A stretch of DNA of 64,000 nt. Origin: the human T2T-CHM13v2.0 reference genome, Homo sapiens. This document shows positions 54,916-64,000 of the stretch, piece by piece. The notes beneath the pieces are model-generated. The model was not told where the DNA came from and searched no databases. It saw only the letters and a program-made list of their open reading frames with translations. Position 1 is the first letter of the stretch, and each line of letters opens with the position of its first letter. Both the position numbers and the translations under genes were made by a program. The DNA lies in the NCBI RefSeq assembly GCF_009914755.1, contig NC_060927.1; one strand, 5' to 3'.

Positions 54916-55784
54916 TTTAAATAAGTGAAATCCATCTGTGATTCATATGTGAAAATGTGTCTGTCATTCTCTGGGAACCTAGCTTGGGTTGAATTATTTT
55001 TAAACCTCAGTATGTTGAGGCAGAAGTCCTAAAAGGCTCATTGCAGACTAAAACAAAAGTGCCTCTTTATTCCCAAATGAACCATCACTTGCCCCATATA
55101 CTGCTTAATAGTTATTGGTAATTGCCGCTATTATGTGTCACACTTTTGTACACAAGCAATGCATCTCCAACCTGACCCTTGCTCACTCACTTGCCAGGTA
55201 TTTAGAAAGCACATGTTGCCTGCCTACCTTCTGCTCAGGGCTGTTTGTTAAGGATACAAAGATGAATAGGGCAGGGTCTCTACCCTTTCCCTTAATGGTC
55301 TCGCTTTGGCTTCCACTCTTCCAGGTAGCTCAGGAAACTTAAGGTAATCTACAGTCATCAGATACAGGAGTGAGCTGCCTTGCCTCTATCCCCTGAGCTC
55401 TGTCTCCCCCTCCTGGTGTCTCTGGCTCTCACCAGCAACCCCCAGGTCCAGGAGCAGCAGGCGGAGCAGCCAATCAGCAGAGATGGCCCCACCTGGTGGG
55501 CAGCCCTTTGGCTTCAGAGCTCCCCTCTGGTTCATTGGTTTTACTCAAAACACTTGGCTTTGCTGACAGTCATCTGTGGTAGCTGCATTTCCCCAGAGGA
55601 AGTGGTGTGTGCAGGCAAATCTGGCAAGCCTTTGGGTTACAGTTTTGTGATGAGCCAGCCGGCCCACAATTAACTGGAATCCCACTCTCCTGGTTCAAAT
55701 CCTGACCCTGCTACTCTCAAGCTGTGTGGCTTAGGGCGAGATATTTCTCTAAGCCTGAATTTCCTTATTGTTAAAATCAGGGCA

Positions 55785-56128
<344 letters not shown>

Positions 56129-56537
56129 TCATATGGTGCTCTGAGTAGGGTAATGAGGGTAATAGAAATCTGTGTTCCGGGGATACAAAGAAGGAGCAAT
56201 CTCTTCCTAAGAGTCTTGGTGGATGCATTCACCTGGGCAGGATGTGCCAGGAGAGGGACCAAGTTGTACAAAGGGTCAAGAGGGTAGAAGAGCCTCACTC
56301 ATTAGTGGAGCCTCTCAGAGTAGCCTCCTTCTGGGCTCTCTGGAGCTTTGCTGAAGCGCAGCTGTCCCTTCAGAACTCATTGCACTGTTTCTGGTCCTGG
56401 TTCCCTCTTACTCCACTTGCTTGGCAAAAATTTCTGAGTGACAACTCCCTTTTCTACTTGAAACTGGTGGGCAATCTTGTCCCTCTCCTCTCCTGAATGG
56501 CCTTTTTACTATTCTTAGAAAAAAATTAAAATCCAAG

Positions 56538-56897
56538 TATATGGACTGAATTATGTTTCCCCCAACTCCCATTCATATTTTGAAGCCCTAACCCACAATA
56601 TGACTATATTTGGGGATGAGGCCTCTAAGGAGGTCATTAAGGTTAAGTGAGGTTATAAGAGTGGGACCCTAATCCAACAGGACTGGTGTCCTTATCAGAA
56701 GAGAGAGACACCAGGGATGTATGTGCACAGAGAAAGGAGGCGGCATCTGCAAGCCAAGGAGTGAGGCCTCAGGAGAAATCAAGCCTGCTGACACCTTGAT
56801 CTTAGACTTCCAGCTTCCAGAACTGTGAGAAATAAATTTCTATTGTTTAAGCCACCCAGTCTGTGGTATTTTGTTATGAAAGCCCAAGGAGACTGAC
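56538..56897 (+). mobile_element. MLT1A-family MaLR LTR
   Basis: ATGGACTGAATT...GAAGCCCTAACCC...CCAGAACTGTGAGAAATAAATTTC...GTGGTATTTTGTTATG. Confidence 0.85.
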
Positions 56898-57541
56898 CCC
56901 CAAAGTTAATGTCAATTAATCAGGGTGAAATTATTTCTCATAGTTTGTGGGCTGAAGACCATGAGGAACATCTAGAGTTTAAAAGTTAGGTTTGTTTAGC
57001 TTACTGCGGCAAGGGAAGACACATGTCAAAGGAACCAGGGAGCATGTCCTTAATGGGGAGCTGGGGCTTGTGCTGGACACGTCTAAGGGAGGATTCAGGA
57101 AGCAGGGGCAGTTCTAGATCAGGCACTGTCAAAAAACAGGGGCAGTTCAGTGACTGAGTGTCTTAGTGGATTTTATCTGGGGGGATTGAAGTGGGCTAGA
57201 GTCATCATTGCTAAAGAAGCAGCAATCCCTCATGCCGATCAGAGGTGGGGATGTTTAGTTTTGTGGTTGTGGAGTGGTCTTCTTTGAGCCTTTTCCAAAC
57301 ATGGTCACAGTGTGTGGGAACATCACAGTCTGGCAGCTGACAGGCAAGTTTTCACTTTCTTTTTTCATATTAGGGAATCCCACGTGGTACAATCTGCTAA
57401 ATGTGAATGTAAAAGGAAAATAAAATCTCGGGACCTTCATTCACTATGCCAAAGGGAGAGATTAAGCTGGAAGCTGAGTCACAGAATAAACTGCCTTCCT
57501 TTTGTTCCTAAGAATATAGCTACAGATAAAAGGTCAGATAG

Positions 57542-57895
<354 letters not shown>

Positions 57896-57945
57896 CTATG
57901 CTTACTTTATCTTACGTAAACATTTGCTGAACACCAGATGAATAA

Positions 57946-58304
<359 letters not shown>

Positions 58305-58923
58305 TAGATTCAGTCATGTGACCATACATGTGACCATACGCTCCCTCTTTCCCCTCCCGCCTACTTGTCCTCTTCAAATATTGAAGCACTCAAAATCCTC
58401 TTTGGAAAAAAGCACAGATCACAGGTTGTTCTTGGGATTTTGTGTTCCTTTTTTGGGAGGCACATCCTTAACCTTGGCAAACTAAGTCTCTAAATTTATT
58501 GAGACCTGTCTCAGATACTTTTTGGTTTATAGGAACAATGAAAAGGACAGTTATGAAACACATGTGCAGCTCACTCCATGGTTTACAAAGCACTCCCACA
58601 GGCACCAAGAGTGATTATTTCCAACTCTTCCTTTCAGGTGAGGAAACTGAGGCCCAAGAAAGTTAGAGAAGTAACTTGAAGACACTCAGCTGATAGGTTG
58701 GTGGGAGGGCCACCACAGGTTACAAATTTACCTACATGCAGTGTTTGGCCTTGGAAAGCAGGGCTGTTTCTCTAAGAGTCACTGAACCTACAGCAGATGC
58801 CTTCGGGGTCTGCAGAGCTCCTTTCTAAAGGGCTTTCTCCTGGCTCTAGGATAGCAGTAGGGATGTGGAAGGAAGGGCTGAATGACAGGTTCAATGAAAT
58901 GGTTCCAGTGAATGGAAAGCTTA

Positions 58924-58943
58924 GGGGCGCCCCCTTGTGGTAA
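58924..58943 (-). promoter_or_regulatory. CTCF motif
   Basis: Minus strand TTACCACAAGGGGGCGCCC matches the CTCF core CCASNAGRKGGCRS. Confidence 0.65.
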
Positions 58944-60165
58944 TCACATGAAGTGCTGCTCCAGGTCTGGGCTGAGACGGGTGTGGGCAGCAAGGTCCCC
59001 TCTAAGGCAACAAGAGCAAGTGCCAGGGATTGAGCACCTGCCTTGGGTCAGGCCCTGTGCACGTGATGGTCAGGGACTCATTTGACCCTCAGCCCGGCAG
59101 CCTGAGAGCTGGGTGTTCTCAGCCTGTGTGAGAGATGAGAAAACAGAGATGAAGGCAGAGTTTACCCATGAGAAGAGTGGTGGAGCTAGGCTGGAAGACC
59201 CGGTCCAGTGGCAGAGCTGCTGTTGTCAGGTGGAAGCCCCTTCCCATTTCTAAGTTCCTTGTGACTTCCTAAAGTCAGACCCTCAACTAGACTGTAGCAC
59301 CGAGGAGCTGCTTCTGACTTTGTAAAGGGCCTCCTGGTTTTACAAGGTGTTTTCATACTCCTCATCTCTCATAAGCCACACAGAATCCTGCAAAGCAGGG
59401 TTTTTTAGGGATGATTGTCTCCACTTGAAAACCAAGAAAACAGAGGCACAGAGATAATAACAGTTAAAACATAGTAATAGACACTGTTTATTAAATGTTT
59501 ACCATGTGCCAGGACCTGTGCTAAGTAAGTGCCTTCTATTTATTATTTTGTTTAATCCTCCAGCAATGCTAGTAATTGTCCTCATTTTACGGATGAGGAT
59601 AAGGAGGCTCAGAAAAGCTGAGTGTCTCTCCCAAATTACACAGTTCAGGAACTGGAGCTGCAGTCTGACTCTGGAACCTGAATTCTTACTTACCACACTG
59701 TACTTAACAAGTGTGACTCACTGTAGGCACCAGTCTGGTAAAGGATGAGCACAAACTGGCATCTGTCTGCTTTGACACCCTAGACAATCTTCTTTCTACA
59801 ACATCACACAGGTTCAGATGTCCTCTTTCAATATCTGGAGGTAATGATATAGCTAGAAACAAAACAAAACAAAAGACCAGTTACAGTCAGTTCTTTGGGG
59901 TAAAAATGTTGGAAAGACTAATGAGGGCATACTCAGGGCCCCCGAGAGGGGGTATGCACTTGCTGTACTATGAGAGTGAACTAAGGTCTAGGTCAAGCTC
60001 TAGGCCAAGCCTATGACCTAACCTGGCTGTAATTCACGTAAAGCTGCTGTGTGTGCTAGCTGCTTCCTGGAATATTGTTCTAAAGCACTTCTGGCAGGTG
60101 TCTGAAGCCTGTGCCAGTGAACCAGTCTTTCCTGGGAGTAGTGGTTGCAATATTATGATGTCCGG

Positions 60166-60460
60166 AGCTGTGCTGTCCAATACGATGGTCACTGGCCACA
60201 TGTGGCTATTGAGCCCTTGAGATATGGCTAGTCTCAGTTGAAATGTGATATAAATGTAAAATATTTGCCAGATTCTTAAAGACTCAGTATTTAAAAAGAA
60301 ATGTAAACTATCTCATTAATAATTTTTATGTTAATGACATGATGAAACTATATAATATGCCTTACATTAGATGCCTTACATTTAATATCTTATTAAAATT
60401 AACTTTACCTATTTCCCTTTGCTTTTTCAATCACACCAGGAAATTTTAAATTACCTACAT
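60166..60460. mobile_element. MER33/MER3-type hAT-Charlie MITE
   Basis: GCTGTCCAATA...GCCACATGTGGCTATTGAGC...AAAGACTCAGTAT. Confidence 0.7.
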
Positions 60461-63400
60461 GGGCCGGGTACGTGTAGCCACTATGAACTCATTTCAGTTC
60501 TCAAACGCCCTAAGCTTTCTCCAGCCTTGACCCCTTCCCCTCCATCCTCACTACTTAGGTAGCTCCTTAGGCAGCAAGTCTGTTCTATAGAGACCTCCTG
60601 TGACCCCCTAAGCTATATTAGGTCCCCCACTCTGTCAATTATCTCAGTCCATTATTTCTTCTTTGTGAAATTGATGACACTTCATCACCATCCTCTTATG
60701 TGTGGATGTGTTTAATGTCTGTCTCCCCCACTAAACTGGAGCATTATGAGGGTAGGGATGGTGTTTGTGCAGCTGTGTCCTGGTGTACACACAGTCACTC
60801 TCACAAGGATTTGTCCATGACTGCTTGCTTGCACAATTAGGAGAGAAGTTGCCACTGGCCGTCGTCGTCATCCAGTCTGAGCCGGGCACTCTGCATGCCT
60901 TATCCTCACTCCCCACGGCAACCTTCAGGGGTGCGCCACTGCCACATTTCTGCTGTGGAGCAGCCCAGCGGCTTGGGAAGGGAAGTCACTTGCCCACAGT
61001 CTCCTTGTGGGGGAGTGCCCAGGCAGGACTCGAAGCCAGGCCTGGCTGCTTCCCACTCTGTGTGCCTCCTTCCTTGCCAAGGGTGCCCCTGTTTTCAGGT
61101 CCCATCTCAGAGAGACTGCGCTCATCCTGGCCAGCCTTGGCTCTGCTCTGTTCTTTGGGAGATCCCAGGGTCAGAAGACCAGGAGGCCAGGTGGGTGATG
61201 GGTGTAGATGCTGAGTGCATGGGCCGGGGGCACTGAACCCCAAGCTTGGGGTTGGTTCCAGCCAGATGGGAGCATAGGAGCTGACAGCAGGTCCGTGTGG
61301 CCTTGCTCCTCCCAGGTGCAACCCTAGGGGTCCCACACAGCGTGCTGAGGTGCTTGCCCTTACCTCCCAATTCCTCACGGGTATGAGTCCATGAGAATAG
61401 TATGGGGTGCATGGACGACCAGGCTGGCAGAAAACAACCTTGACAGGCCGGATGTGAGCAACAGCAGAAAAAGTCAAGCACTTCGATCACAGAAGAGCAA
61501 GGGCCTGGTTTGAAAGGGCTTCTTTGAGAAGAGACTGAAAGGGATGTTCTGAGGACCTATTGACAAGACGAGCTAACCACTTCACAAGGGGCCCCTGCCC
61601 TCCTCTCAGTGGGAGCCCTGCACAACCCCACTCCGAATTCACCCACATCTTAGAACCCAATGAGCAGGCCCTGCAGTCCTGCTTTCCTAGTCCCCTGCCT
61701 GGCAGAGAAACGCTCGAGGAGACAGTAATGTTGATTCAAGTTGGCCAAAAACAGCAAAAGTTCTAAAAGCACAAGAATAACAAGGGATCTGCCGGATACT
61801 GAGTGGGGCAGAGATCCTCCTGGGGGAAGGGACACAGGAGTGGAGAGGTCAGAGGCCCTGGCTGGGGGAAGGATGAAGCCAGGAAGTCCACATGACAGGC
61901 TCCCCAGTGTCCTGGGAAATGTCTGTGGGCCCTACTCTTGTTCTGGGCAAGGGGTAAGGCAGCCAGACACAGGGGGCAACACCTGACCCTGTGCTGTCTG
62001 GAGTTATCACTGGAGGCTCAGAGGGAAAAACTGCATGAACCATCTCAAGGGTTCCTTGAATTCAGCTTTGCACATAAAACTCACGTCGCACTGGTAGGCT
62101 TTGAAGATTCCACACTGTGAATGACCAGGCCACAAAGGCATACCCACTCAAGTGACACCTAGGCTGCAGGACCAACCAGAAAGGCCTTTGGAAACCCCCT
62201 CCCATGGACAGCTGGCACACAGAGGCTTCATGAAACTCCATTTACTCAGGGTCATTGATTCCTAACAATGGGCGATACTGGGGTTCAATGTATGACTTCA
62301 TTTGGAGTTTCACTTTGAGTGAATAGTACATTGTATATGTTTTCGCTTCACGGTGAATAAGAGCTGTGCACAGATTGACTGGGAGTAGAAATTGACAGCT
62401 ATTTTAAAAACTGCTTTTTAGTCATTCTTTTAACCCTTCTCACAGCTGTATGTCAGAAGCAGGTTCTGGCTGGCTGGAGTGCTGAGCCCTAACATGCTGT
62501 GCCTCAGTTTGCTGCTGTGTACAATAAGAGGAAGTGACCATGTTCTCCCCTAGAACCTCTCCAGCTCTACACCGCTGGTGTGCATGCCCTCTGTTTGCCA
62601 GATCACCCAGTTCTAGGAGACAGGGCATTCTCTTGTAGATGTACTGCATGAAGTATTGAGCTAGGCTAAGGGTGGATGCAGAACTTTGAATTCCAGTGAG
62701 TCTGTCTGGAAGCCTCTGAGACATACCAATGTCATATCCTGGGAGGGATGGAAGACTATGGCCTGTGGAAAAGAAAGAGGGAGAGAGGGGAAAAAAGGAG
62801 AAAAGAAGCAATTTCCAGATAATAGAGGTGTAAGAATGTCTAGAGGACCCCCTCCTGATATAGAACACCTAGGATGCTGGATAATTACTCAAAAATACCT
62901 TTTTAAATAAATGGTTGATCTGGAAAAAAGGTGAAGAAAATCCTCAGAGGCAGAATGCAAATCTGCTGGGTGAAGGAAAGGCTGGAGCTCACATTCACCC
63001 TGGGCCCTCTTTGGCCCCTTAAGGCCGGGAGCCTGGCCTTCATGGGTCATGTGCCTGCAACGTGGAAGACAAAGACAAGTTCTGGGCTAGGAAGGGTGAG
63101 ATTCTATCTGAAGCCCAAACAAAACCAGTATCCCCAAAGGGGAGCTCCCTTTGTAAGTGAAGTAAGAGTCCCACCCCAGTCTCATTTCCACACAGAGGGG
63201 AAATTATATAACGATGCCTACATTGGCTTTGGCTCCAGTGAGTAGAAAAAAAGAAAAGTCCTCTCCAGAACTCTCAGCCACAAACCTGTGTTCATGCATA
63301 TTGGGGCTGAATTTCACACTTCCTGTGTGGCCAAAAAGCCAATCAAACACAGAGGTCCCAGGTTGGAAGTACCCCAGAGTACTGGGTGAAGTAAAGGCAA

Positions 63401-63696
63401 GTCCCCTCTGGAGGAATGTGCGTTACAACTGGGCCTCAAGGAATAGCACCATTTCCATCAGGGCTTGCTTAGTTCCTTCCCTAGGCAACAGAGGCTGAGG
63501 CAAAGCCTGCATGGTGATGCCATATCAGAATGTGAAATTCAACAGGAACAAAGTGCAGGAAGAAGTGAAGTGAGGCAGGGAAAGAGGAAAGCAAACACAG
63601 AGTGGTGCATTCCTGAGCTGGCCATAGCTACAGCAGGAAATGTAGCTGGTTATGCAGGCTCTCTGCAAAAGGCCCATGGAATGGCCCACTGCAGTA

Positions 63697-63968
63697 ATTC
63701 ACACTTGTAATCCCAATGCTTTGGGAGGCTGAGGTGGGAGGATCAATTGACATCAAGAGTTTGAGACCCAGCCTGGACAACATAGTGAGACCCCATCTCT
63801 ACAAAAAATTTAAAAAATTAGCCGAGTGTGGTGGCACACAGCTGTAGCCCCAGTTACTCAGGAGGCTGAGGTGGGAGGATCACTTGAGCCCAAGAGTTCG
63901 AGGCTGCAGTTAGCCATGATCATGCCACTGTACTCCAGCCTGGGTGACAGAGTGAGACCCTGTCTCTA
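63697..63968 (+). mobile_element. AluJ
   Basis: GGAGGATCACTTGAGCCCAAGAGTTCGAGGCTGCAG. Confidence 0.85.
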
Positions 63969-64000
63969 AGAAGCTTAAAAAGCCCCTGGAACCACTGCTT

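Overview
This is human genomic DNA, shown by an AluYb8 and the human receptor sequence. It holds one protein-coding gene, the fractalkine receptor CX3CR1, on the minus strand; from prior knowledge the locus is 3p22.2. The 355-aa CDS lies in one exon (33433->32366). About 13.4-15.2 kb upstream is a cluster of four strong minus-strand splice donors marking alternative first exons (ends at 46882, 47177, 47971, 48537). The 48537 exon adds an in-frame 32-aa (or 7-aa) N-terminal extension. This haplotype reads Ile249/Thr280, and Leu8 in the long isoform. The rest is repeat-rich (about 20 Alus, L1, L2/MIR, MaLR/ERV LTRs, DNA transposon relics). I found no evidence of a new multi-gene system. The best leads are local: (1) the long-isoform coding exon looks exonised from an antisense L2; (2) a perfect 20-bp fold-back hairpin in the intron; (3) a 76-bp templated insertion copied 2.2 kb away; (4) a human-specific AluYb8; (5) a strong CTCF motif and an AP-1/IRF/MARE composite upstream; (6) a non-canonical poly(A) signal. 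Repeat subfamilies and boundaries were judged by eye and are approximate.
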